DNA of 45,383 nucleotides from an uncultured Chloroflexia bacterium (GCA_963766735.1 CAVYBU010000020.1:1-45383), one strand, 5' to 3'; counted from the first letter of the stretch, positions 31,258-40,182 are shown. The notes: a model not told the origin generated them from the letters alone. Program-made: numbers and translations.

Positions 31258-33015
31258 GTGGCACCGAAGAGCGCCCCGCGATCCGCCCCCAATGCTGATG
31301 CCGGGCTCGGAGGACTGGCGTCTGCGTGGCTGGTCGTGCGGTGGCCGCTGTTCGGCGCAGTCGCTGTGGTCGCTTTCCTCCTTGGCTACGTCGGCTTCGG
31401 CTCCTACTTCGAAGACCTCCTGACTCCACGTCCGCCGACTGATCTGGTGTACCTGTCGCTGCAGCTGTTCGTGCTGGAGTCAGGCAGCATTCCGGGACCC
31501 GTGCCCTGGCAGCTGGGCGTCGCCCGCTTCCTGGCTCCTGCCACCACAGTGACAGGGGTCGCGGTGGCCCTGGCGGCCATCTTCGGCGAGGAACTGGCGG
31601 AGGTGCGGCTGCACCTCCAGAGACGACACATCGTTGTGTGCGGGTTGGGTGAGCGAGGAACACGGCTGGTCCGGTCGTTGCTCGACGGTGGGTATCGGGT
31701 GGTGGCAGTCGAGCTGGATCCCGGCAATCGGGCGATCCCCGAGGTTCGCCGTCGAGGGGCTCTGGTGGTGGTCGGAGACGCCCGCACTGCTGGGGTGCTG
31801 CGCCGCGCCCGCGTCCAGCACGCCGAATACGTGGTTGCGTTGACAGGCGCCGACGACGCCAATGCGGAGGTGGCTATCCGCGCGGGAGAGTTGGCGCCGG
31901 TTCATGGGCCGGCGCTGACCTGCCTGGCACATGTGCGGGACCCGGGGCTGTGTGCCCTCCTGCGCTCGCGGGAACTGGCGTCCGGCCACGCGACTCACTA
32001 CCGCCTTGACTTCTTCAACATCTATGAACAGGGCGCGCGGGCGCTGCTGCGCGACCAGCCGGCAATTGGTCTCGCCGTGCAGGAGCCACGACTGGCGGTG
32101 ATCGGTCTCACCCCGCTGGGTCAGGCGGTCGTCCTCGAGTCGGCCCGGCAGTGGCGAGCCAGCGGCCGGGCGCGCGACCATCGCATCCAGATCACGGTGC
32201 TGGATCCGGACGCGGAGCGACTTGTGGGCCTGTTGCAGGCGCGCTACCCCCAGCTCGACCATGTCGCCGTCGTGCAGGGTGTCGAGACCGGAGCCGGCCA
32301 CCTCGATTGCTCGACACTCAGGTCCGGCGGGCCGTGGCAGGCCGCCTACGTGTGCATCGATGATGATTCAATGGCGCTTGACGGGGCGCTACAGGCTCGT
32401 CAGTGCCTGGAAGGCAGCTCGACCCCGGTGGTCGTCGATCTGAGCATGTCACCCGGGCTGGCGGGACTAGTGCAACGCCCGGCGGGTAGCGACGGTATTC
32501 GCGCGTTCGATCTGTTCGAGCGGACGCTCCGACCTGATCTGCTGTTGGGCGGGACGTACGAGATCCTCGCTCGCGCCATCCACGCCGAGTATGTCGATGA
32601 GGCACGCCGGCAGGGGGCCACCGCCACCAGCAACCCATCGGTTGTTCCCTGGGAACAGTTGCCCGATTCCCTCAAGGAGTCCAACCGGGATCAGGCAGCA
32701 CACATCGGGGTGAAGCTGGCTGCGATCGGACGGGGGATAGCCCCGCTCAACGACTGGGAGGCCGATCAGCTCACGTTCACGGGAGCCGAGGTCGAACAGC
32801 TGGCCGAGCAGGAGCACCGACGGTGGGTCGAACAGCGGCTGCGCGACGGCTGGACACTCGGACCCAAGGACATCGACGCCAAGGTCACTCCCTACCTTGT
32901 CCCGTGGGAGCAGCTCAGCGACGAGGTCCGGGAGTTGGATCGCCGACCGGTCAGGGGCATCCCGGGATTTCTGGCCCGGGCCGGTTACCAGGTTGTGCCC
33001 AACTCGATCCCCTAG
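31258..33015 (+). CDS. 2TM channel-like protein with two RCK/TrkA-N domains and RyR repeats
   Basis: TM-loop-TM, HIVVCGLGERG, VVGDA, AVIGLTPLG, then LARAIHAEY..VPWEQLPDSLKESN and LAEQEHRRW..GWTLG..LVPWEQLSDEVRELD. Confidence 0.85.
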   Translation: MAPKSAPRSAPNADAGLGGLASAWLVVRWPLFGAVAVVAFLLGYVGFGSYFEDLLTPRPPTDLVYLSLQLFVLESGSIPGPVPWQLGVARFLAPATTVTGVAVALAAIFGEELAEVRLHLQRRHIVVCGLGERGTRLVRSLLDGGYRVVAVELDPGNRAIPEVRRRGALVVVGDARTAGVLRRARVQHAEYVVALTGADDANAEVAIRAGELAPVHGPALTCLAHVRDPGLCALLRSRELASGHATHYRLDFFNIYEQGARALLRDQPAIGLAVQEPRLAVIGLTPLGQAVVLESARQWRASGRARDHRIQITVLDPDAERLVGLLQARYPQLDHVAVVQGVETGAGHLDCSTLRSGGPWQAAYVCIDDDSMALDGALQARQCLEGSSTPVVVDLSMSPGLAGLVQRPAGSDGIRAFDLFERTLRPDLLLGGTYEILARAIHAEYVDEARRQGATATSNPSVVPWEQLPDSLKESNRDQAAHIGVKLAAIGRGIAPLNDWEADQLTFTGAEVEQLAEQEHRRWVEQRLRDGWTLGPKDIDAKVTPYLVPWEQLSDEVRELDRRPVRGIPGFLARAGYQVVPNSIP

Positions 33016-33132
33016 GATAGGGAGGCGAGATCCACCGGCGATCCGTCCGGGCCTGCCGAACGTCCCTGTCACCGCAGGCCCGCTGCTCCGCCGGACAGGA
33101 CCGGTCCACCGACCGGTTGGGAGCCGGGCGTC

Positions 33133-34260
33133 ATGGCCCACGACGTCTTCATCTGCCATTCGTCCAAGGACCGCACGGTCGCGAACGCGATCTGTGCCAC
33201 GCTCGAGCAGCAACGCATCCGCTGCTGGATCGCGCCCCGGGACGTCCTCCCCGGCAGCGACTATGCCACGTCCATCGTCGAGGCCGTCAGCGCCACAAGA
33301 CTCACGGTCTTCGTCTTCTCGGAGAACTCCAACCAGTCCCCGCACGTCCGCAGGGAGATCGAGCGCACCGTCAGCCGCGGCATCCCGATCCTCCCGTTCC
33401 GGGTGGAGGACGTCGTGCCCTCCCCGTCGCTCGAGTACTTCATCTCGGACGCCCACTGGCTCGACGCCCTTACCCCGCCGCTTGAGCAGCATCTCCAGCA
33501 GCTCGTCGGCGTCGTCCGGGCTCTGCTCGCGAGCCTGCCGCCGAAGAGCGGGATTGTGCCGGTGGCCGCCGGCGCCCAGGAGCCCTCCCCAGCGGAGCGT
33601 ATGCCGACGACCGCGCCGCCGCAGATCGCTCCGGGCACGCCCTGGACGATGGCCAAGCGACGGCCGCCGGTGCTGATCGCTGGCATCGTCGGGGTGGGTT
33701 TGGTGGCTGTCCTGGGACTCGTCGGGGCCATTGCTCTTGCCCCCTCGGGTCCGGCAGCGACGTCGCCGAGTCCGGAAGCGATGTCGCCGAGTTCTGAAGC
33801 GACGTCGCCGAGTCCGGAAGCGACGTCGCCGAGTCCAGCGGCAAAGATTGTCGCGGAGTCGGCGCTCATGGCCGGCGACTGCCTGAGGACGCCGAACGAG
33901 TACGCGGGCAGCGCATCCGATCAGGCTCGTTTCTGGGCGGAAGGCCCGTGGTCTTCGAGTTGGGTCGTCTTGCCATGCGATCAGGACCACGGCGCCGAGG
34001 TGTTCTTCTATGGCGATGTCTGGGGGTCCCGGACAACCTATCCCGGCGACGCCGCCGTCGGGTCCCGGTGGACAGCGCAGTGCGCGGCAGAGTTCGAGCG
34101 CTATGTCGGAGTCCCGTCGGGGCGGTCGGTCCTGAGCATCAACGGATGGACTGGCTTCGGCGCCGACGGGTGGGCCCAGGGGCTGCGCGACATGGCCTGC
34201 ATCGCCTACGACCGCGGCGGCGCAGCTCTGCAAGGGAGCATCAGGGGAACCGGCCGGTAG
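33133..34260 (+). CDS. TIR-domain protein with TM helix and Cys-containing extracellular (septum-formation-like) domain
   Basis: HDVFICHSSKD, CWIAPRDV.PG, SNQSPHVRREIE; TM at VLIAGIVGVGLV; GDCL..PCDQDHGAEVF..C..C. Confidence 0.9.
   Translation: MAHDVFICHSSKDRTVANAICATLEQQRIRCWIAPRDVLPGSDYATSIVEAVSATRLTVFVFSENSNQSPHVRREIERTVSRGIPILPFRVEDVVPSPSLEYFISDAHWLDALTPPLEQHLQQLVGVVRALLASLPPKSGIVPVAAGAQEPSPAERMPTTAPPQIAPGTPWTMAKRRPPVLIAGIVGVGLVAVLGLVGAIALAPSGPAATSPSPEAMSPSSEATSPSPEATSPSPAAKIVAESALMAGDCLRTPNEYAGSASDQARFWAEGPWSSSWVVLPCDQDHGAEVFFYGDVWGSRTTYPGDAAVGSRWTAQCAAEFERYVGVPSGRSVLSINGWTGFGADGWAQGLRDMACIAYDRGGAALQGSIRGTGR
33757..33837 (+). repeat. 21-bp x ~4 coding tandem repeat (ATSPSPE linker)
   Basis: GCGA(C/T)GTCGCCGAGT(C/T)C(G/T)GAA units. 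Confidence 0.9.
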
Positions 34261-34315
34261 CACAGCGCCCGACGGTGGGTTGATCGGCCGTCGGGATGGT
34301 AGGCCCGGAGGTGTC

Positions 34316-34343
34316 TGGCGCGCGGAGGGCGGACGGCGAACAA
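34316..34343 (+). repeat. Degenerate copy of the tRNA-3'-like site
   Basis: TGGCGCGC--GGAGGGCGGACGGCGAACAA; left arm, GGAGGG and GAACAA tail kept, with internal deletions. Confidence 0.55.
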
Positions 34344-34467
34344 GGGACGGGCATGCGAACGCCGACCGCCAGGCTGAGGTTGAACGACCCGCCCTTGGTG
34401 CGCTTGCCGAGCCCGTGGCGTCCCGCCGTCGACGGTGTGTCGCGGATCCCGGGTGAGGTATGGACCG

Positions 34468-34700
34468 ATGCGCGAGGATGTTGAGCGGCTGATCGAGACC
34501 GCAGAGGAGCGCTGGAAGGCTGGCTGGAAGGCCGGCCCCAGTCGGCTCCGCTGGACGTTGCTGCCACCGCAGCCAGGAGATCCAGCTCCTGATCCGTCGC
34601 TGCCGGATCATGAGGGCCGGGAGGTTCGGCTGTCGTCCCTCTGGGCGGAGCGTCCGCTGCTCATCCTCTTCTGGCGCCACTTCGGCTGCTCGTGCGGTGG
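34468..34700 (+). pseudogene. Truncated AhpC/TSA (peroxiredoxin-like) gene
   Basis: GDPAPDPSLPDHEGREVRLSSLWAERPLLILFWRHFGCSCG, then family-like sequence stops. Confidence 0.75.
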
Positions 34701-35061
34701 GAACGGCCGCCCAGATCCTGTTCGACGCCCCGGACCCGATCCTCCGCTGCGACCTGCAGGCGGGCCTTGACCTGGCCCGATGCCTCTCGCCTGGAACGCT
34801 GCGCCGCGCCACGCGAAATCGGGGGGATTTGGGGCAAGGTGAACGGGGCCGGGAACGGCGCTCGCGGAATGGGCTGACTCGCCTCATTCACCCTCGTTCG
34901 ATTGACTCTACCGATCGCGGCCCGCCGAGAGGCCCGCTGCCGTGCTCTTGGCGGCGATCAGGATCGTGGCCAGCAGCCCAGCCACATCGCCCGCGTGCGC
35001 CATCGCTGACCGGCGGCAAAGAGCTGGGCACGTGCTTCCGTCCTTCGAAATGCAGATGCCG

Positions 35062-35934
35062 CTATTTGACCTTCTGGGTCGAAACGGCAACGGCGTACTT
35101 GTTGATGGCGCTTGCGGGCACATCGCGGCCGTAGATCTTCCACGGCGGAGCGGTGCTGGGCAGACCGACGCTTTGACCACAGGCCGGGACCGTGCCGTAG
35201 ATGGTCTTGGTCTGCAGCACCTTGGTGGTGCGGGCCACCCGCACCCGCACCACAATCGCCTCCTTGTAGCGGGTGACCTTGCCGATCTTGCCGTCGCTGG
35301 CCCGCTTGTAGGTGCCGCAGACGCTGACCTTGACCGATTTCTGCCATTCGACACAGGCCACCAGCTGGATGTCCGAACCCGCCCAGGTCTGGTCGAGCCA
35401 GTGGTCGTTGATGTCATGGGAGGTGAGCTTCCAACCGTCGGTCGAGCCCCACTGTTCGACCACCACCAGGGGATGGCTCTTGCCGCCGTACTTGGCGGCT
35501 TGCGGCAGGGCGGTGCCGTGGCACACCAGTTCGAGATCAAGGTCGCTGATCGGCACCGGGGTCGGCTCGGGGGTCGGGGTGGGCACCGGTGTCGGAGAGG
35601 CCGTCGGAGCCGGGGTCGGAGCCGGTGTCGGAGCGGGCGTTGGTGGGAGCGTCGGGGCCGGGGCCTCGCGGCCGGGCGGCTGAGCCGAAGCGGCCTGGTC
35701 GACCGGCGGGGGAGTGGCGGGGGCCGTACCGCAGGCGGCGAGGAGAGCCGCTATCAGCGCAAGGGAAAGGAGGGAACGAAACCTTCGCGGGGGCTCGTCG
35801 GTCACCAGCAGCGCCTCGACCTCGGCCTCGGTCGCCCGGACCACGCCGGACTCGAAGTAGAAGGACTCCAAGTGGTCACGATCCCCCGGCTCGGTCTCGA
35901 ACCACGAGAGCCGCTGCTCGCCGGCGTCAGTCAT
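35062..35934 (-). CDS. Putative lipoprotein with Pro/Thr-rich linker
   Basis: Lipobox-like ALLAAC, PTPAPTPAPTPA linker, Cys-containing C-terminal domain; true start may be GTG 35805. Confidence 0.75.
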   Translation of the reverse strand: MTDAGEQRLSWFETEPGDRDHLESFYFESGVVRATEAEVEALLVTDEPPRRFRSLLSLALIAALLAACGTAPATPPPVDQAASAQPPGREAPAPTLPPTPAPTPAPTPAPTASPTPVPTPTPEPTPVPISDLDLELVCHGTALPQAAKYGGKSHPLVVVEQWGSTDGWKLTSHDINDHWLDQTWAGSDIQLVACVEWQKSVKVSVCGTYKRASDGKIGKVTRYKEAIVVRVRVARTTKVLQTKTIYGTVPACGQSVGLPSTAPPWKIYGRDVPASAINKYAVAVSTQKVK

Positions 35935-36386
35935 CGGGCAATCCCTCACAGATGTGGACTGGGGGACGCCTCACTACTGTCTTGGCACCACTATGACGAG
36001 CCCGCCTCGCTCGCGGGCGCTCATTCCGTGCCTGACTCACCGCATCGAGTGCTCCGAAACCACCCAATCAGCGCTCCTGACCGTCAGGTCAAATCACCCT
36101 GATCTTGCACGGGGTGGCCACCCCGCTTGACGCGCGCACGTTCCCGCCGAGGCTGTTGCGGACAGCCAGGTCGGCTGGTCGTGCCGCATAGGCGATGCAG
36201 TGGTCGCAATTCAAGAAATCTGATGTCCGACTGAGCAGGCGTGACGCGGCGGAGGAACACACGAAGATATGAGCATCATCGCGATCGACTGGGCCGACTC
36301 GGGCCTCGACTGGGGCACCGAGGACGGCGCCACGCCAACTCATGGTGCCGTTCGTCCTGTGTCACCGATGTCGCGACTCAAGTCAC

Positions 36387-36425
36387 TGGCGCGTCCGGAG
36401 GGCTGTGAGCGCGCACGAACAACAC
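36387..36425 (+). repeat. tRNA-Arg-3'-like recombination-site repeat
   Basis: TGGCGCGTCCG-GAGGGCTG-TGAGCGCGC-ACGAACAACAC; upstream GTCACCGATGTCGCGACTC nearly identical to that of the 45370 copy. Confidence 0.88.
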
Positions 36426-36459
36426 CGCACCCGGGTGCAGCGTCGCGGTCTGGGGCGGG

Positions 36460-36555
36460 TCAGTCGCCCGCGGCCCGCGACCCCTGCATCATGCCGTAGG
36501 CGTTGCCGTCCGGGCCGCGGAAGTGGAACCAGCCGTAGCCGTGGATGCTCCCCGC
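36460..36555 (-). pseudogene. 3' remnant of a VOC/glyoxalase-family gene
   Basis: Manual translation GSIHGYGWFHFRGPDGNAYGMMQGSRAAGD*; no plausible start 5' of the motif, and an in-frame stop lies just beyond the adjacent repeat. Confidence 0.65.
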
Positions 36556-36582
36556 CCCGGAGGGATGCGGGCGCGCAGGAAC
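36552..36582 (+). repeat. Hybrid copy of the site (right half intact, left arm replaced)
   Basis: ccgcCCCG-GAGGGATG-CGGGCGCGC-AGGAAC. Confidence 0.88.
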
Positions 36583-36610
36583 CGAGGATCAGGCCGATCC
36601 CCAGGGCGGG

Positions 36611-37516
36611 TCACTTGGAGCGGTGGTCGGGCAATGCCGCGGCGACGAGCAGGTCACGGATCACGTCGTTGCCCTTCTGCGAGGGGTGCGTGTAGTCGCC
36701 GCCCACAAAGTCGCCGGCGGGGTCCGTTCCATCGGCTCCGTTGAACGCCCGATGAACATCCACGCAGACCGCGTCGATCGCCGCGGCCTCACCGCACAGA
36801 GCGGGGTTCCAGGTTCGGAACCAGTAAGCCTCCGCGTCAAGGAGGGCTGATCGCGTTTCCTCGTCGAACTGATCGAGGAAGCTCCAGCCCCTCCACGTGT
36901 CGTAGGGGGCGAGGACCCCGACAGCGGCGTGCGGGGCTGCTCGGCGGATCCCCGCGAACACCTCGGCGACCTGGCCACGGGTCACCGGGACCACGGAGTC
37001 GATGCATTCCCTGCTGGTCGCGGCGGCTGCCTGGATGGCATCGGTGTCGCTCGCCGACGGACCAAGTGCGGGCGGGCAGGCGTCATGGGGATCGGAGAAC
37101 GGCGGCTGATCGTTGAACGCGATCGAGATCACGACGACGTCCGCAGCCTCGAGTTGGCTCCTGAGGGTCGCGTCAGACTGCATCTGGTCGACGATGTCGA
37201 TGGCCCGCGCCCCATCGTGGCGAGACCGGTTCACCACTGTCACCGGGCCCCCGAGCTCGGTCTCCAGCGCTCGGGCGTACGAGGTCACGAACCCCGTGCA
37301 GCCCGGACAGTCATCGGCCGAGTTGAAGGGAATGGAGTCACCCATCGCGACCAGAGTGAACGCTTCTACGTCCGTCGTTGGTTCGGCGGACGGCGTCGCT
37401 GGGATGGAGGCGAACACCGTGACGTCTGGGGAGGGGCTCGACTGCGGGGCGCCGCCACAGGCGGCCACCAGCGCCGCAATGAGAGCGCCGACAATGACGA
37501 TGGGACGCCGCGTCAT
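36611..37516 (-). CDS. SGNH/GDSL hydrolase lipoprotein
   Basis: Lipobox LVAAC; LVAMGDSI (block I), IAFND (block III), DYTHPSQKG (block V). Confidence 0.9.
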   Translation of the reverse strand: MTRRPIVIVGALIAALVAACGGAPQSSPSPDVTVFASIPATPSAEPTTDVEAFTLVAMGDSIPFNSADDCPGCTGFVTSYARALETELGGPVTVVNRSRHDGARAIDIVDQMQSDATLRSQLEAADVVVISIAFNDQPPFSDPHDACPPALGPSASDTDAIQAAAATSRECIDSVVPVTRGQVAEVFAGIRRAAPHAAVGVLAPYDTWRGWSFLDQFDEETRSALLDAEAYWFRTWNPALCGEAAAIDAVCVDVHRAFNGADGTDPAGDFVGGDYTHPSQKGNDVIRDLLVAAALPDHRSK

Positions 37517-37721
37517 CCTTCGCTCCTCGGGCTCCGATGCTCGGGACCGGAGTGTACGCGGCGCGATCCTGAGCCACGGGACTACGAGGGGTTGGGGGAT
37601 GTCGTCCGTGGTGGCCGGGCCACATTCGTCATCGGAGGTCTGCAAGCCTGGCGACCAGGCCAGGACGGGTGTCTCCTCATGTTTCACAAGCCCCGCGAAC
37701 GAGAGCGTGTGGAGCGAATCG

Positions 37722-37751
37722 ACGAGGCCCCGCCTTCTGGCGGGGCCTCGT
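37722..37751. terminator. Intrinsic terminator-like hairpin
   Basis: 13-bp perfect stem ACGAGGCCCCGCC-ttct-GGCGGGGCCTCGT 18 bp past the stop of the anti-sigma-like gene. Confidence 0.7.
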
Positions 37752-37769
37752 GCGTTTGGATGGGCTGGT

Positions 37770-38405
37770 TCAGTTGGCGAACGCCGCCTCCCAGGATGCC
37801 GCCGTCCCGGTGTCGAAGTCGAGCGTGTAGCCGCAGGCGTTGATGCTCGTCCCGGCCGCCGTCACGAGGTAGCGCCCGCCGACCTCGAAGTCAGGGACCG
37901 ATCCGATGAGCGCCACACCCTCCGACGGGCTCGTGAGCGTGACGGCGCCATCCACGCCCTTCCAGCCGGTGTTGACGGCGAACGTGATCACACCGCCGTC
38001 GACGGCGGTGACGGTGCCGTCGAAGACGACGTCGAAGGTCGGCAGGATCGCCGGGTCGTACATCAGGCACGAGGCCATCCCGACGCCGGAACCGGTGTCG
38101 ATGGACGGCGCCGGGGCGTCGGGGGACTGCGTCGGGACGCTGGCGATCGCGTCCGGCTGCTGCCGCCCGAGGCCGGGGCCGACGACGACCACGAGGGCGA
38201 CGACGCCGACGAGGGCGAGCCCGCCGAGCAGGGCGAGCGGGCGGCGCGAGTGCTTGTCCGCGGGGGTGGGCTGGACGTCGGTCATGATGTGCTCCTGGAT
38301 CCTCGCCGAGACGCGGGCGAGGCTCGCGTCGGGCACGTCGTGCGCGCGGACCGGGTCGGCATCACGGAGCCGGTCGAACGGATCGGTCCCGTTCGGCATG
38401 CTCAT
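37770..38405 (-). CDS. Single-TM putative anti-sigma factor
   Basis: DPFDRLRDADPV N-terminus, one TM, ATGA overlap with the upstream ECF sigma stop. Confidence 0.7.
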   Translation of the reverse strand: MSMPNGTDPFDRLRDADPVRAHDVPDASLARVSARIQEHIMTDVQPTPADKHSRRPLALLGGLALVGVVALVVVVGPGLGRQQPDAIASVPTQSPDAPAPSIDTGSGVGMASCLMYDPAILPTFDVVFDGTVTAVDGGVITFAVNTGWKGVDGAVTLTSPSEGVALIGSVPDFEVGGRYLVTAAGTSINACGYTLDFDTGTAASWEAAFAN

Positions 38406-38998
38406 TCCGCCACTCCCTTCCATGCGACACCGGTGGTGCCCTTCACATCAGCCAATGTCCGGCTGTGACCGGGATCTTTCACGTCGCGATCCCCTGGTGC
38501 AATTCGTTCGAGCGCCGCCGCGAAGCGGGCCCGGGCCCGATGCAGGCGGATCGCCACTGCGTTGGGCGTGATGTGGAGGACCTCGGCGATCTGGTGATTG
38601 CGCAGCTCCTCCCACGCGACGAGACGCAGGATCTCCTGGTCAGCAGGCGGCAGGGAGGCGAGCGCCTCGAACGCGGGGCCATCGAGATCCTCGCCCGCGC
38701 GAAGCGGGGTTGGGGCGTCCTCGACGCGGAGGAACGCCGCCAGCCGCTGCCGCCGACCATGGCCGCGACGCTGGTTGGCGAGGACCCGCCTTGCGACGGC
38801 ATACAGCCACGGCAGTGGTTCGGCGGGGACCGCGGAGAGCCTGCGCCAGGCGACGGCGAAGGTCTCGGAGGCCGCGTCCTCGGCATCCGCGAGGGTCTCG
38901 GTGCGCCGCATCGCGTAGGCGAGGACGTCACGCTGGTGAGCCGCGACGATCGCCTCGAACCGGGCGAGCGGCTGGATGGGGATCGGGGTTTTGGTCAC
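38402..38998 (-). CDS. ECF RNA polymerase sigma-70 factor
   Basis: DAEDAASETFAVAWRR, PWLYAVARRVLANQRR, DQEILRLVAWEEL..IAEVL.ITPNAVAIRLHRARAR; start approximate. Confidence 0.92.
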   Translation of the reverse strand: MTKTPIPIQPLARFEAIVAAHQRDVLAYAMRRTETLADAEDAASETFAVAWRRLSAVPAEPLPWLYAVARRVLANQRRGHGRRQRLAAFLRVEDAPTPLRAGEDLDGPAFEALASLPPADQEILRLVAWEELRNHQIAEVLHITPNAVAIRLHRARARFAAALERIAPGDRDVKDPGHSRTLADVKGTTGVAWKGVAE

Positions 38999-39172
38999 CA
39001 CCGCGAGACGCCGAGCCGGCAGCGCCGGTTCCGCCGGGACGAGGCTGGCGCGATCGGTCGTGTGGTCGGGTCCGCCGGAGGCCGGAACCCCATGCTGCGT
39101 CGCCGGTTCGCTGGGATCGTCTCCGCGTATCGCCGGATCTGAGTCGGGTCGGGTCCTGGCAGAAGGAGTGCC

Positions 39173-39460
39173 GTGGCAATCAAGGTCATCGTCGAGCTGA
39201 AGGCCAAACCGGGGCGGCGCGACGAGCTGCGGTCGCTCATCGAGCAGCTCGCCACACGCGAGCGACCGAGCGGCTACCACGGGAGCACGTACTACGAGTC
39301 GGTGGACGACCCAGACTTGCTCATCGACATTGCGGACTGGGAGTCGCCTGAGGCACGGGCGGCCCATCTCGCGAAGGCCATGGCCGTCGGTGCCTATGGT
39401 CCGGTGCTCGAGCCGCTGGCGGGGCCCTTCCGGGCCACCGTCATCCGCCGGCTGCCCTGA
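39173..39460 (+). CDS. Antibiotic biosynthesis monooxygenase (ABM) domain protein
   Basis: VIVELKAKPGRRDEL, DDPD, WESPEARAAH; AAGGAG RBS. Confidence 0.85.
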   Translation: MAIKVIVELKAKPGRRDELRSLIEQLATRERPSGYHGSTYYESVDDPDLLIDIADWESPEARAAHLAKAMAVGAYGPVLEPLAGPFRATVIRRLP

Positions 39461-39483
39461 GCCCTGCGTCCACGCGGCGACAT

Positions 39484-39524
39484 TGGCGCGCCCGGAGGGA
39501 TTCGGGCGCGCAGGAACAACAACG
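39484..39524 (+). repeat. tRNA-Arg-3'-like recombination-site repeat (best consensus copy)
   Basis: TG-GCGCGCCCG-GAGGGATT-CGGGCGCGC-AGGAACAACAACG; 39484-39504 reverse-complements to CGAATCCCTCCGGGCGCGCCA. Confidence 0.95.
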
Positions 39525-39924
39525 TGCTTGATCTGGGCCAGGCCGTCCGGGACCGATCGCTCGGCGCGACGGCAGGGTTCCGGGCGGCGTCCGGGGCGAC
39601 CTGGGCGGGGTCCCGAGAGGCGCGGCGAAGACGCCCGAAGCCTTCCGTCATGGAGTGGGTCATCGGCTGCCTCATCTATCGGGGCCCGCCGCCGCCGCTC
39701 GTGTCCTGCCGTGGTGTTATCGAACTGACGGACATCGTGTACACATCAGGACCTGCGGTGTCGGCCCGGGACCCCTGGCACCCCATCGGTGGCTGCGTCC
39801 GCCGGGCGCAACCGTTCGCGACCAATACCCCTGGTTCACGCGATCTGAGCAGCCCACCATCCTCGAAGGAGAACGCGGTCCGGCGGCCGCGCGGACGACT
39901 GTGCCGGCCCGGAGGCGGTTCGTC

Positions 39925-40182
39925 ATGGTTGGGCAGTACCTCGACTTCCAGGCGGTTGTCGGGATCACCAAGCACATGGGCGGCCGGGGGGCCACGAGGG
40001 ATCTCCTCGAGCTCTGCCACGTGGACGAGGCGCGCGATGTCCTCGAGGTCGGGTGCGGGATCGGCGTGGGGCCGGTCGAGCTCGCGCTCAGCCGCGACTG
40101 TCGGGTGGTGGGCGTCGACCGTTCCGCGCAGATGATCGAGTGGGCGCGACGGCGCGCCCGCGAGCACGGTTGCGCCGATAGG
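39925..40182 (+). pseudogene. 5' half of a class I SAM-dependent methyltransferase
   Basis: KHMGGRGATRDLL, VLEVGCGIG, VVGVDRSAQMIEWARRRA; similarity ends at ~40182, 50 bp before the next gene. Confidence 0.8.

Noticed and set aside
34813-34844. Possible site remnant with GGGGGATT spacer and GAAC tail
   Set aside because: Both arms are unrecognisable; could be chance.
3668-34887. Long antisense or alternate-frame ORFs (e.g. 3668..5542, 6141..9266, 21349..23256, 23861..26398, 28996..30630, 32467..34887)
   Set aside because: Shadow ORFs expected in high-GC DNA; Arg/Pro/Gly-rich and overlapping well-supported genes.
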